From the IMG/VR virus record IMGVR_UViG_3300027756_001348, positions 1 through 61,766 of that record: 61,766 bases of DNA; one strand, written 5' to 3'. Position 1 is the first letter of the stretch; every line of letters starts with the position of its first letter. Origin of the DNA: a virus. Its lineage: Duplodnaviria; Caudoviricetes. The notes below the pieces were generated by a model. It saw nothing but the letters and a program-made list of their open reading frames with translations. It was not told the DNA's origin and searched no databases. Both the position numbers and the translations under genes were made by a program. Shown in pieces: positions 1 through 9,677 of this stretch.

Positions 1-771
1 TATGTGGCAGACATGTTAAAAAATATTGAAGACGTAACCAAAAGAGGTGAGTATGCTCAACATCATTCAGCCATATTCCAACATTTCAATCCTAATTTTG
101 ATCATGAAAAATTCATGCAGGCAGCAGGAGTGTACACAGTAACCAAAGGAAAAGAAGATAATAAATCAGCTGAATCTGTTGCAGAAGCCAAACCAGATTT
201 TTTAGACATGGACAAAGATGGCAACAAAAAAGAACCCATGAAAAAAGCCATCAAAGACAAAGAAAAGAAAAAAGATATTAAAGAAGCAGCAGAAGACACT
301 GCCAAGATAGTGATGGCCGCCAACAGCATGGTGGACAAAATCACTGGTTGGTTGGAAGACACAGCCAAAATGCAGACTGAAGTCAATCTTGACCTAGGCG
401 ATGAGATTAGAAATGAGATGGGTTCTGAAAAAGCAGAAGAATTCATTGCAGCCATGAAACCAGCAATAGAACAATTATACACTCAATTAGAAACTGTAAG
501 AAAATCATTCACAGGCGGCGTAGCTGTCCTGACAGGCGAAGAAGCGCCGGCAACCTTGGGCGCGGAAGATCCCAAAGATGACATAGAAGACCTTGAAACA
601 GAAGTAGAACCCGAAGTTACACCAGACACAGCAGATGACTTCACTGCCAGCGAACCAGCCACAGGTGGTGAAGAACCTGCAGACAGAAAGAAAAGAGAAT
701 CCATCATCAGAAGAAGTCCCAAATTAGCAGAAATGCTGTCCAGACCTTTCATCGGAAAAAAAAAGGTTTAG
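1..771 (+). CDS. Acidic phage protein, probably virion-associated, 5'-truncated at the window edge; contains an EF-hand-like DMDKDGNKKE loop
   Basis: Frame open from base 1 to TAG 769-771; DxDxDG motif; ends in the slippery run A AAA AAG. Confidence 0.6.
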   Translation, partial: YVADMLKNIEDVTKRGEYAQHHSAIFQHFNPNFDHEKFMQAAGVYTVTKGKEDNKSAESVAEAKPDFLDMDKDGNKKEPMKKAIKDKEKKKDIKEAAEDTAKIVMAANSMVDKITGWLEDTAKMQTEVNLDLGDEIRNEMGSEKAEEFIAAMKPAIEQLYTQLETVRKSFTGGVAVLTGEEAPATLGAEDPKDDIEDLETEVEPEVTPDTADDFTASEPATGGEEPADRKKRESIIRRSPKLAEMLSRPFIGKKKV

Positions 772-1094
772 TCATCGAGGCTGAACACAGCCGCATCACC
801 CAAGTATTAAGAAATTTAATTGGCACTGCCAACAGTCAGCAGCAACCTGCCTACATCAACTATGTGGCATTGAATCGCATCATGCAGAATGTGCAAGGAC
901 CCCAATACAACTTTGATGCTGTCAAACAGGCCTATGACACAGATTTAGAATTCAAAAGCATAATCAAAAATTTTGACAAAGACGGCATCACCATGAAAAC
1001 TGATGTGGCCAAACCAGGTGCCACTCCCACAGCACCAAAAAAGAATTCAGTGGATCGCATGGCACAGAAGGCTCTCAAAAAACGATCCAAATAA
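756..1094 (+). CDS. Hypothetical protein, or -1 frameshift extension of the upstream ORF (GLVIEAEHSRITQVLRNLIG...KKRSK)
   Basis: The -1 frame is open from 672 to TAA 1094; its first ATG/GTG/TTG is GTG 864, which lacks an SD. Confidence 0.55.
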   Translation, partial: KKKGLVIEAEHSRITQVLRNLIGTANSQQQPAYINYVALNRIMQNVQGPQYNFDAVKQAYDTDLEFKSIIKNFDKDGITMKTDVAKPGATPTAPKKNSVDRMAQKALKKRSK

Positions 1095-1098
1095 CAGA

Positions 1099-1127
1099 TT
1101 GACAAATCCAACAACTCCACATATAAT
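1099..1127 (+). promoter_or_regulatory. Sigma70-type early promoter, leaderless transcript
   Basis: TTGACA-N17-TATAAT, ATG 6 nt downstream. Confidence 0.85.
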
Positions 1128-1133
1128 TGCACA

Positions 1134-1511
1134 ATGACCGAGCGAACCAAACAGGACATCATGTCTGATATTCAGACCGTAATCGAAAAATATGTGTTGC
1201 CTGGAGTGGGCAGTCACGGAGGTGCTGTGCAATTGATAGATTTCGAACCAGAGACAGGCACACTAAAATTACAAATGGGTGGTGCATGTTCAGGTTGTGC
1301 TGGCAGCAAAATGACATTGAAACATGGAGTAGAAAACATTGTGTTTCATTATGTGCCTGAAGTTAAAAAAATTGAAGCAGAAGATGATGAACACAGCACA
1401 GTGGATCCTTACTTTGCTCATCCCATAGATTATCCCAGTGCCAATGACATGCTGGATGAACTCAATCATCTCAGCAAGTTCACAGGTCCAGATACAGACA
1501 AGAAAGAATAA
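1134..1511 (+). CDS. nfuA: NifU/NfuA C-terminal domain Fe-S carrier protein
   Basis: HGG..V.L...G.L.L.M.GACSGC...S..TLK.GVE motif with CxxC. Confidence 0.85.
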   Translation: MTERTKQDIMSDIQTVIEKYVLPGVGSHGGAVQLIDFEPETGTLKLQMGGACSGCAGSKMTLKHGVENIVFHYVPEVKKIEAEDDEHSTVDPYFAHPIDYPSANDMLDELNHLSKFTGPDTDKKE

Positions 1512-1519
1512 AAATTTAA

Positions 1520-2212
1520 ATGACACTACTTAAACCACGATATCAGTATGAGCGCTTGAAGAGAGTGTTGGTTGATGGCCGTAGATTGTACAGCGCACCC
1601 AATGGTACAGCATTGCCTTCAGTCACTACCATATTGGACAATACCAAAGACAAAACACATCTGATGGAATGGCGTAGAAAAGTGGGTGAAGAACAAGCCA
1701 ACATTATCACCAAAGAAGCCAGTGGCATTGGCACTCGCATGCACAAATATTTGGAAGAATACATTGAACGAGGCAGCTGGGGCACACCAGGTTCCAATCC
1801 ATTTGCCAAACAGGCACATGACATGGCGCAGACAGTGGGCAAAAATGCTCTGGTGCATGTGGAAGAAGTTTGGGGTTCGGAAGTCAGTCTGTATTATCCC
1901 GAGATATATGCAGGCACCACTGACTGTGTGGGCACCTACAAAGGAGCACCCTGCATCATAGATTTTAAACAAACCAACAAACCCAAAAAGAAAGAATGGG
2001 TCACAGATTATTTCCTGCAATTAACTGCCTATGCAGAAGCACACAACAAAGTGTATGGCACTGAGATCAAACAAGCTCATGTGTTCATGTGCAGTAGAGA
2101 CATGACCTACCAGCAATTTGACATCACACCCTTGGATTATTCCAAATACGCAGATCAGTGGTGGAGCAGGGTAGAGCAATATTTTAAGAAACAAGCAGAG
2201 CACACCTCATAA
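1520..2212 (+). CDS. PD-(D/E)XK exonuclease
   Basis: PSVTTIL, GT.MH, E..L, AGTTD, IIDFK, QL.AY motifs. Confidence 0.8.
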   Translation: MTLLKPRYQYERLKRVLVDGRRLYSAPNGTALPSVTTILDNTKDKTHLMEWRRKVGEEQANIITKEASGIGTRMHKYLEEYIERGSWGTPGSNPFAKQAHDMAQTVGKNALVHVEEVWGSEVSLYYPEIYAGTTDCVGTYKGAPCIIDFKQTNKPKKKEWVTDYFLQLTAYAEAHNKVYGTEIKQAHVFMCSRDMTYQQFDITPLDYSKYADQWWSRVEQYFKKQAEHTS

Positions 2213-2269
2213 TACACATCACAGTCGATAAATACACTTGTGATAATCAGCAAGTTATAGGAGATAACA

Positions 2270-3886
2270 GTGGCAATTGTATCAATCAGCAGGATTCAAG
2301 TACGCAGAGGACAAGCGGGCGCAGGCTCTGGCATACCTCAATTGGCGGGCGGTGAGTTTGGTTGGGCAGTGGATACCCAAGCATTGTACATAGGCAATGG
2401 GTCAGTGTCTGAAGGCGCACCCACAGTGGGCAACACAAAAATTCTTACAGAGCACGACAACTTGTTTGAACTCAGCAGCACCTACATATATGGCATTGAA
2501 AGCACTGTGCAAACAGGAGCCACAGTAGGAGCCCCAGTACAGAGAACATTAAAAAATAGATTGGATGATTCAGTGAGTGTGAGAGCATTTGGAGTCACAG
2601 GTGATGGACTCACCAATGAAACAGTGAAACTACAAAGGGCCATTGATCAGTTGTTTGTGAATGCAGCAACAGTGGGCAATGCCAGCAGCCGTAGACAATT
2701 ATTGGTGCCAGCAGGCACATACATCATCAGTGCCAGTTTAAAATTACCACCATTCACCACACTGATTGGAGATGGCAGCGATAAAACCATTATCAATCAA
2801 ACAGGCAACTTTCCTGTGTTTGAAACTGTGAACGGATTAAGAACTCCAGGAGTGGCCGGCAACAGAGCCAGCACTACCACATTAAACCAAGCTCGTCACA
2901 TCAGAGTACAAGGCATGAGTCTCAATATCACAGGCAACAATGTGGCGCTGTATGTGGACAACTGTGTCAACAGTGATTTCGAAGATATTAAAATGGATGG
3001 CAATTGGAGCAACAGTGCCAACTACACCAACAACTATGCAATCAGATTGGATGCACTCAGCACCACAGTAACTTCAGCCAACAACAATTTTAAAAGTATC
3101 AAACTTAAACAATTTCAACAAGCTGTGCATTCCGACTTTGATGTTATGGATAATCATTTTGAAAACTGTGTGTTTGAACAATGTCAATATGGAGTGGTGT
3201 TTGGAGAATTGACCACTATAGGATCTCCAGGACAACTCACAGGACCCATCAACAACACAGTGAGCAAAACACAATTAAAAGACATTAATCGACAAGGAGT
3301 GTGGGTTCGCAAAGGCAAAGGCAACAGAAGCTCCACAAATTCTTTTGAGAGTGTGGGCAATGATGGAGGCACTGAACTCAATGCCCTATACAGCGTGATT
3401 AAATTTGAAACAATGGAAAACGCATCACACAACGATTTTTTTGACAGAACTAAAAAGTTAGCCACTGAATCTGCTTTTCTTTTGACAGCAGCCTATGTGC
3501 CTGAAGTGGAAGGATTCGTAGAACACACCAACAATTATTCTTTACAAGTGAATGTGGGTTACACAGTGGCATTTACCAATTCATTTAGATTGCCAGCAAA
3601 TGTAACTAAAAATTATATTGTTAATTATATTTTTAAAAGTTCTTATGTGAATGCAGTGCGTCGTGGTACTTTAGAAATTATTGTGAACAGAAACAATAAC
3701 ACCACTAGCCTCACAGACACATATGATTACGTGGGTGATAACACTTACAATACTAATTTAGATTTCAATGTAATATTGTCTGATATCAATGCTGATGGTC
3801 AAATAGATACTCTATTAGTTCAAACTAAAAACAGTACATTAAATGATACAGCCACCATACTATACCAAGTCAAGACACAATCATAA
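2270..3886 (+). CDS. Tail-associated beta-helix (pectate lyase-like) protein
   Basis: N-terminal IQVRRG...L..GE.G...DT..LYIG domain; SV..FG..GDG..N.T..LQ.AI and L.VPAGTY tailspike motifs; AGGAG SD and ATAAATA upstream. Confidence 0.7.
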   Translation: MAIVSISRIQVRRGQAGAGSGIPQLAGGEFGWAVDTQALYIGNGSVSEGAPTVGNTKILTEHDNLFELSSTYIYGIESTVQTGATVGAPVQRTLKNRLDDSVSVRAFGVTGDGLTNETVKLQRAIDQLFVNAATVGNASSRRQLLVPAGTYIISASLKLPPFTTLIGDGSDKTIINQTGNFPVFETVNGLRTPGVAGNRASTTTLNQARHIRVQGMSLNITGNNVALYVDNCVNSDFEDIKMDGNWSNSANYTNNYAIRLDALSTTVTSANNNFKSIKLKQFQQAVHSDFDVMDNHFENCVFEQCQYGVVFGELTTIGSPGQLTGPINNTVSKTQLKDINRQGVWVRKGKGNRSSTNSFESVGNDGGTELNALYSVIKFETMENASHNDFFDRTKKLATESAFLLTAAYVPEVEGFVEHTNNYSLQVNVGYTVAFTNSFRLPANVTKNYIVNYIFKSSYVNAVRRGTLEIIVNRNNNTTSLTDTYDYVGDNTYNTNLDFNVILSDINADGQIDTLLVQTKNSTLNDTATILYQVKTQS

Positions 3887-4322
3887 ACTGATCTTCCATG
3901 GGGATTACGCAGAGCGTTTGACTGCTTGGCGTGAATTTAGAATCATGCTAGAGTCTGATCATCATGCTCTAGAACAAATCCTTACACTGTACAAAGATTG
4001 CCCACTCACTCACACCAAAACAAATTTTTTTGATAAAGGCACTTGGCCACAGGCTTGGAATCTCATCGAAAAAAATGATTACAACACTGTGGATAGACTT
4101 TTGGGCATGTGGTACACGTTGCGATTGACCGATAAGTATGTGCAAACCAAGATTGACCTGCTACAGTGTGTGGATAAAAATAAAATCAGCATGGATAACA
4201 CTGTAAGTTATCACACATTGGCAGTGGACAACCAATACATAGTGCTGGAAAATTCTGCCGTTTTGTCGCAGAAAGAGTTTGACAAACAATTCTTTTCGCA
4301 ATATACTTACTTTAACTTATAA
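3843..4322 (+). CDS. Hypothetical protein (start uncertain; possibly CTG 3888)
   Basis: Fills the gap between the tail gene and nrdA. Confidence 0.6.
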   Translation: MIQPPYYTKSRHNHKLIFHGDYAERLTAWREFRIMLESDHHALEQILTLYKDCPLTHTKTNFFDKGTWPQAWNLIEKNDYNTVDRLLGMWYTLRLTDKYVQTKIDLLQCVDKNKISMDNTVSYHTLAVDNQYIVLENSAVLSQKEFDKQFFSQYTYFNL

Positions 4323-4371
4323 AATAGATAAATATATTTTTATTGCACAAATACAAACACGAATTAAATCA

Positions 4372-6717
4372 ATGAATTCTTCTAATATTAAAGTACGCAA
4401 AAGATCCGGCGGTATAGAATCTCTCGACATTAACAAAATGCACTTTGTGGTGGAAGAAGCCTGTGAAGGATTATCAGGAGTTTCTGCATCACAAATAGAA
4501 ATGAATGCCAACATACAATTTTATGATGGCATCAGTACCAGAGACATTCAGAATGTGCTGATTAAATCAGCCAACGATCTGATCACATTAGAAAGTCCCA
4601 ACTATCAATTTGCTGCGGCTAGATTGTTGCTGTATGATCTACGCAAACAGGCTCATGGTGATTATGAATATCTGCATCTGTTAAAACTCATGCTTAGAAA
4701 TGTTAGACTGGGAGTGTATGACAAAAATATCTTGGACAAATACAACAAAACAGAAATTAAAAAACTTAACACGTGGATACGCCGAGACAGAGATTTGGAT
4801 TTTACCTACGCAGGACTGAGACAGATTGTGGACAAATATCTAGTGCAGGATAGATCCTCAGGTGCGTTGTATGAAACTCCACAGGACATGTACATGATGA
4901 TTGCTGCCACATTGTTTATGAACTATCCTGAAAAGAAAAGAATGACTTATGTGAAAAGATACTATGACGCTATTTCCACTCACAAGATTAATATTCCCAC
5001 TCCAGTGATGGCAGGTGTAAGAACTCCCATACGTCAATTTGCCAGCTGTGTGTTGGTGGACTCAGATGACACACTTACTTCCATATTCAGCAGTGACATG
5101 GCCATTGGACTGTATGTGGCAAGAAGAGCAGGCATCGGCATCAATGCTGGCCGTATCAGAGGCATCAACAGCAAAATCAGAGGCGGTGAAGTACAGCACA
5201 CAGGAGTGATTCCGTTCCTTAAGAAATTTGAAAGCACAGTGAGATGTTGCACACAGAATGGCGTGAGAGGTGGCAATGCCACTGTACACTTCCCCATCTG
5301 GCACTCAGAGATAGAAGACATCCTGGTATTAAAAAACAACAAAGGCACAGAAGACAATCGTGTGCGTAGAATGGACTACAGCATACAGTTATCCAAATTG
5401 TTCTATGAAAGATTCATCAACAATGAAGAGATCACTTTGTTCTCACCACATGAAGTGCCAGGATTGTATGATGCATTTGGCACAGACGCATTTGACAACA
5501 TGTATATAAAGTACGAAACTGATAAAAAAATTCCCAAAAAAACTGTTGGAGCACAAGAACTATTCTTTGATCTGTTGAAAGAACGTGCAGAAACAGGCAG
5601 ACTGTACATAATGAACATGGATCATGTCAACAGTCATTCATCGTTCAAAGACAAAGTCAGCATGAGCAATTTGTGCCAAGAAATCACACTGCCTACCACG
5701 CCAATCAATCACATTGACGATGAAAAAGGCGAAATAGCACTGTGCATATTGAGTGCTATCAATGTGGGCGTGCTGAATGAATTGAGCGAACTTGAACCTT
5801 TGTGTGATTTGGCAGTGAGAGCATTGGAAGAAATTATAGATTATCAACAATATCCCGTGAAAGCAGCAGAAGTCAGCACCAAAGCCAGACGCAGTCTAGG
5901 CATAGGCTACATAGGACTGGCACATTATCTAGCACGCATGGAAGTAAAATATCATCATAAGGCCGCATGGGAGGCAGTGGACAAGCTCACAGAAGCATTT
6001 CAATTCTATCTGCTCAAAGCCAGCAATCAATTGGCCAAAGAAAGAGGCCCATGTACAAAATTTGACAGAACCAAATATGCAGATGGACTGTTGCCCATAG
6101 ATACCTACAAAAAAGAAGTGGATGAAATAGTATTACCCAAATTAAGAATGTCGTGGGAGTCATTGAGAAAAGACATCAAACAGTTTGGATTGAGACACAG
6201 CACATTGAGTGCCCAGATGCCCAGTGAGAGTTCATCGGTGGTTTCTAATGCAACCAATGGCATAGAACCTCCCCGAGCACTACTCAGCATTAAGAAAAGT
6301 AAAAAAGGTCCACTCAAACAAGTTATTCCAGGTTTTCCCAAATTAAAAAATTCATACACACTGCTGTGGGACATGCCCAGCAATGATGGCTACATTAAAA
6401 TAGTGGCTGTGATGCAAAAATATTTTGATCAAGCTATATCTGGCAACTGGAGTTATAACCCATTGAACTATGACAACAATGAAGTGCCACTGAGTGTGAT
6501 GGCCACAGACATGTTGAATGCATACAAATACGGATGGAAAACTAGCTACTATCAAAATACCTATGATTTCAAAGGTGAAGAAGACAGCATTCAACCAGCA
6601 GGCATAGATCCCATAGATGTCAAAGACGGATCAGAAGACTTGACATTGCCTGAACCAGATGTTAATGTAAAGCAAGGTGCTACAGAAGATACTGAGTGTG
6701 ATGCCTGTGCCATATAA
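4372..6717 (+). CDS. nrdA: Ribonucleotide reductase class Ia alpha subunit with ATP cone
   Basis: N-terminal VRKRSG ATP-cone, PTP.M, SCVL, SNLCQEI, YY pair, C-terminal CDAC; start reassigned to ATG 4372. Confidence 0.97.
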   Translation: MNSSNIKVRKRSGGIESLDINKMHFVVEEACEGLSGVSASQIEMNANIQFYDGISTRDIQNVLIKSANDLITLESPNYQFAAARLLLYDLRKQAHGDYEYLHLLKLMLRNVRLGVYDKNILDKYNKTEIKKLNTWIRRDRDLDFTYAGLRQIVDKYLVQDRSSGALYETPQDMYMMIAATLFMNYPEKKRMTYVKRYYDAISTHKINIPTPVMAGVRTPIRQFASCVLVDSDDTLTSIFSSDMAIGLYVARRAGIGINAGRIRGINSKIRGGEVQHTGVIPFLKKFESTVRCCTQNGVRGGNATVHFPIWHSEIEDILVLKNNKGTEDNRVRRMDYSIQLSKLFYERFINNEEITLFSPHEVPGLYDAFGTDAFDNMYIKYETDKKIPKKTVGAQELFFDLLKERAETGRLYIMNMDHVNSHSSFKDKVSMSNLCQEITLPTTPINHIDDEKGEIALCILSAINVGVLNELSELEPLCDLAVRALEEIIDYQQYPVKAAEVSTKARRSLGIGYIGLAHYLARMEVKYHHKAAWEAVDKLTEAFQFYLLKASNQLAKERGPCTKFDRTKYADGLLPIDTYKKEVDEIVLPKLRMSWESLRKDIKQFGLRHSTLSAQMPSESSSVVSNATNGIEPPRALLSIKKSKKGPLKQVIPGFPKLKNSYTLLWDMPSNDGYIKIVAVMQKYFDQAISGNWSYNPLNYDNNEVPLSVMATDMLNAYKYGWKTSYYQNTYDFKGEEDSIQPAGIDPIDVKDGSEDLTLPEPDVNVKQGATEDTECDACAI

Positions 6718-6733
6718 ACAATAAATACGACCT

Positions 6734-7834
6734 ATGAGTAAAGTGATATTCAACAGAAATGAAGTGGATTGGAGCAAAGAGCCCATGTTCTTTGGTGAGG
6801 ATCTTTCCATACAAAGATACGATGTGTTCAAGTATCCACAATTTGACAAACTGAATCAGACCATGTTGGGTTATTTTTGGAGACCTGAAGAAGTCAGTTT
6901 ACAAAAAGATCGTTCCGACTTTATGAATTTTCGTCCAGAACAAAAACACATATTCACATCCAATCTAAAATATCAAACACTGTTAGATTCTGTGCAAGGC
7001 AGAGGACCCAGTTTAAACTTTTTACCCTATTGCAGCAATCCTGAATTGGAAGGCTGTATTGTGAGTTGGGATTTCTTCGAAACCATACACAGCAGAGCCT
7101 ACACACACATCATGAAGAATGTTTATTCAGATCCATCCGAAGTGTTTGACACCATATTGAACGACAAAGAGATCACCAAAAGAGCAGTGTCAGTCACTGA
7201 AAACTATGACAAGTTTGGTGAACTGGCATTGCAATACACAGTGAACCGTAAAGGCTCAGTGGAAGAATTAAAAAGGCAATTGTATTTGGCCATGGTGAAT
7301 GTGAATCTATTGGAAGGTTTAAGATTCTATGTGTCATTTGCTTGTACCTTTGCGTTTGGAGAATTAAAACTGATGGAAGGATCTGCCAAGATACTTTCAT
7401 TGATAGCACGTGATGAAGCCACACATTTAAACCTAACCACTCATGTGATCAAAGCATGGCAAAAGGGTGACGACAAAGACATTCTAAAAATAATCAAACA
7501 AGAAGACAAGACTGTGATTGAGATGTTCAAAAAATGCGTGGAAGAAGAGAAGGCCTGGGCAAGACATTTGTTTAAAGATGGCAGCATTATAGGATTGAAT
7601 GAAAGATTGTTGGGTCAATATGTGGAACACATTGCCAACAAAAGATTAAAAGCATTGGGCTATGACGCAGAATTTGACACACCAGCCACACAAAATCCTC
7701 TGCCGTGGACCAGTCATTGGTTAAGCAGTCATGGCGTACAAGTGGCTCCACAAGAGACAGAAGTGGAGAGCTACATAGTGGGTGGCATCAAACAAGACAT
7801 CAAAAAAGATTCATTCTCCAAATTCAAATTATAA
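6734..7834 (+). CDS. nrdB: Ribonucleotide reductase class Ia beta subunit
   Basis: FWRPEE, LDSVQ, ETIHSRAY (radical Tyr), EG.RFY, DEATH, APQE.E..SY. Confidence 0.97.
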   Translation: MSKVIFNRNEVDWSKEPMFFGEDLSIQRYDVFKYPQFDKLNQTMLGYFWRPEEVSLQKDRSDFMNFRPEQKHIFTSNLKYQTLLDSVQGRGPSLNFLPYCSNPELEGCIVSWDFFETIHSRAYTHIMKNVYSDPSEVFDTILNDKEITKRAVSVTENYDKFGELALQYTVNRKGSVEELKRQLYLAMVNVNLLEGLRFYVSFACTFAFGELKLMEGSAKILSLIARDEATHLNLTTHVIKAWQKGDDKDILKIIKQEDKTVIEMFKKCVEEEKAWARHLFKDGSIIGLNERLLGQYVEHIANKRLKALGYDAEFDTPATQNPLPWTSHWLSSHGVQVAPQETEVESYIVGGIKQDIKKDSFSKFKL

Positions 7835-7855
7835 AATTCTGATTCAAAGACCCCA

Positions 7856-7885
7856 TTGACAACACTGTATTAAATAGTGTATAAT
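7856..7885 (+). promoter_or_regulatory. Sigma70-type promoter, leaderless transcript
   Basis: TTGACA-N18-TATAAT, ATG 6 nt downstream. Confidence 0.75.
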
Positions 7886-7891
7886 ACATTG

Positions 7892-8140
7892 ATGCCAGAA
7901 TCAAACCAAACCATTGTGTGGAGCAAACTGCAATGTCCTTTTTGTGACATGGCCAAATCTTTGTTGAAATCCAAAGAGATAGTATTTGAAGAAAGAATGA
8001 TAGGCATGGGTTGGAGTAGAGAACAACTGCTGGAATCAATACCCAATGCTAGAACAGTGCCACAGATCATACTTAAAGGAGAATTGATAGGTGGATATCA
8101 ACAACTTAAGGCTCATTTCAACAAAGGAAAAAATGAATAG
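7892..8140 (+). CDS. grx: Glutaredoxin
   Basis: CPFC, TVPQI and IGGY motifs; adjacent to nrdAB. Confidence 0.92.
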   Translation: MPESNQTIVWSKLQCPFCDMAKSLLKSKEIVFEERMIGMGWSREQLLESIPNARTVPQIILKGELIGGYQQLKAHFNKGKNE

Positions 8141-8420
8141 TTTTATGAAAGAAGTGAACAACACAGATGTGTTCACAGTGAAATTGATCAGCAAAGAAGA
8201 ACTGGTTACTAGGATCACCGAATTCAACGACACAGAAATTTGTGTGCGTAAACCCATGTGTATGATACAAACTCAATCAGGAGTGGGCATGTTGCCTTGG
8301 GCACTCACAGCAGGTGCACATGAACATTGGATCAATACACAACACATTTTGACCATATCACCCAGCAACAAAGAAGTGGGCAGCAGTTATATGCAGAGCA
8401 CCACAGGACTTACTATATGA
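8133..8420 (+). CDS. Small Sm-like fold hypothetical protein
   Basis: TVKLISKEELVTR...KP pattern typical of phage Sm-like proteins; AAGGA SD. Confidence 0.5.
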   Translation: MNSFMKEVNNTDVFTVKLISKEELVTRITEFNDTEICVRKPMCMIQTQSGVGMLPWALTAGAHEHWINTQHILTISPSNKEVGSSYMQSTTGLTI

Positions 8421-8995
8421 GCAAACGATTGATACTGTGTGATGTGGACGGAGTATTGTTGCATTGGGAACAGGGTTTTGACAATTGGATGAAACGTCAA
8501 GGCTATCAAAAAATAAAAGAAAACAGTTACAAGGTAGAAGAACACTACGGCATAAACAAAGAAGCATGTTCATTGTTGATACAAATATTCAACGAAAGTG
8601 CCAATATGAGATATTTAGATCCCATTGACGGAGCCAGTCATTATACAAAGTTGTTGTATGATGCAGGCTACACTATGAAACTAATTACCAGTCAAACTTT
8701 GGATCCAATGGCTCAAAAAGCACGCAACGACAATCTAGAAGAAAGATTTGGAAAAATATTTGACACCGTGATATTTTTAGACACTGGCAGTGACAAAGAT
8801 GCTGCATTGGCAGAACAACCTAAAGGTAGTTTTTGGATAGAAGATAAACCAGTGAATGCATTGGCAGGATTGAATGCAGGTATGATACCTATACTTTTTA
8901 CCCAGCCACACAACAAGGATTTCAAACACAAGGATGTGACCAGATGTGACACGTGGAAAGATGTGTATCAATTTATCTCCACATACCAAAATTAG
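8417..8995 (+). CDS. HAD-superfamily 5'-nucleotidase/phosphatase
   Basis: ILCDVDGVL motif I, ITS motif II, K, WIEDK motif IV. Confidence 0.8.
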   Translation: MSKRLILCDVDGVLLHWEQGFDNWMKRQGYQKIKENSYKVEEHYGINKEACSLLIQIFNESANMRYLDPIDGASHYTKLLYDAGYTMKLITSQTLDPMAQKARNDNLEERFGKIFDTVIFLDTGSDKDAALAEQPKGSFWIEDKPVNALAGLNAGMIPILFTQPHNKDFKHKDVTRCDTWKDVYQFISTYQN

Positions 8996-9014
8996 CATTT
9001 GGCAAACTATCTGA

Positions 9015-9043
9015 TTGATTTGAATCAAAACAACCGATATACT
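9015..9043 (+). promoter_or_regulatory. Sigma70-type promoter for the Hc1-like gene
   Basis: TTGATT-N17-TATACT. Confidence 0.6.
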
Positions 9044-9098
9044 AATATGGAGTTTAACAAACTCATTATGATATCATAACCAAAAAGGAGAAAAAACA

Positions 9099-9275
9099 AT
9101 GGCTACACACGATGAAATAGTTCAAGCATTTGAATCGTACAAAATAGAGTCTGAGTCTTTTGAAACAAAAGGCGTTAAGGCTGCAGCAGCCAGAGCTAGA
9201 AAAGCTCTAGGAATTCTTTCTAAAGCTTCTAAGACAAGAAGAAAAGAAATCCAAGAAAAAAAGAACGCGATGTAA
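9099..9275 (+). CDS. Histone H1-like Hc1 family small basic protein (58 aa; absent from ORF track)
   Basis: MATHDEIVQAFESYKIESESFETKGVKAAAARARKALGILSKASKTRRKEIQEKKNAM; AGGAG SD at 9086-9090. Confidence 0.8.
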   Translation: MATHDEIVQAFESYKIESESFETKGVKAAAARARKALGILSKASKTRRKEIQEKKNAM

Positions 9276-9282
9276 TTTTCGC

Positions 9283-9319
9283 TGGTATGGGGCTCCAAAA
9301 GAGCCCTGTACCACAGTTT
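9283..9319 (+). terminator. Stem-loop after the Hc1-like gene (terminator or stabiliser)
   Basis: TGGTATGGGGCTC-caaaa-GAGCCCTGTACCA, weak U-tract. Confidence 0.5.
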
Positions 9320-9392
9320 AAGGCCCATTATATTCAAAATCACATAAATAAAACACGTAAAAACTAAAAACAAAGAAACAAAGAAAAGAATA

Positions 9393-9596
9393 ATGAATCA
9401 AGGTAAAGTAAAGTGGTACAATGCCGCTAAAGGTTACGGTTTTATCACTCCAGACGATGGCAGCAAAGATGTGTTCGTGCATGCATCAGCATTAAGAAGT
9501 GCCCAGTTGGAGACAGTCACAGAAGGTCAAGCCATCAGTTATGAATTGATTGAATCTCGTGGAAGAACCGCTGCCGGCAATCTTAGACTGATATAA
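9393..9596 (+). CDS. cspA: Cold-shock protein
   Basis: GKVKWYN..KGYGFI (RNP1) and DVFVH (RNP2). Confidence 0.95.
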   Translation: MNQGKVKWYNAAKGYGFITPDDGSKDVFVHASALRSAQLETVTEGQAISYELIESRGRTAAGNLRLI

Positions 9597-9643
9597 TCCA
9601 CACAGATATCAAAAATACATCAGTGGCCCAGCACAATCATCTA

Positions 9644-9673
9644 TTGACAATCATCACATAATATGTTTAAATA
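9644..9673 (+). promoter_or_regulatory. Promoter for the tmRNA
   Basis: TTGACA at 9644; TG-n-TTAAAT/TAAATA 17-18 nt downstream. Confidence 0.6.
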
Positions 9674-9677
9674 CTGC

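Noticed and set aside
1520-2212. Cas4 assignment for the nuclease
   Set aside because: Lacks the four-Cys Fe-S cluster pattern and any CRISPR context; called a generic PD-(D/E)XK exonuclease
4279-7834. Possible intein or intron in nrdA/nrdB
   Set aside because: Both are of normal length with contiguous motifs
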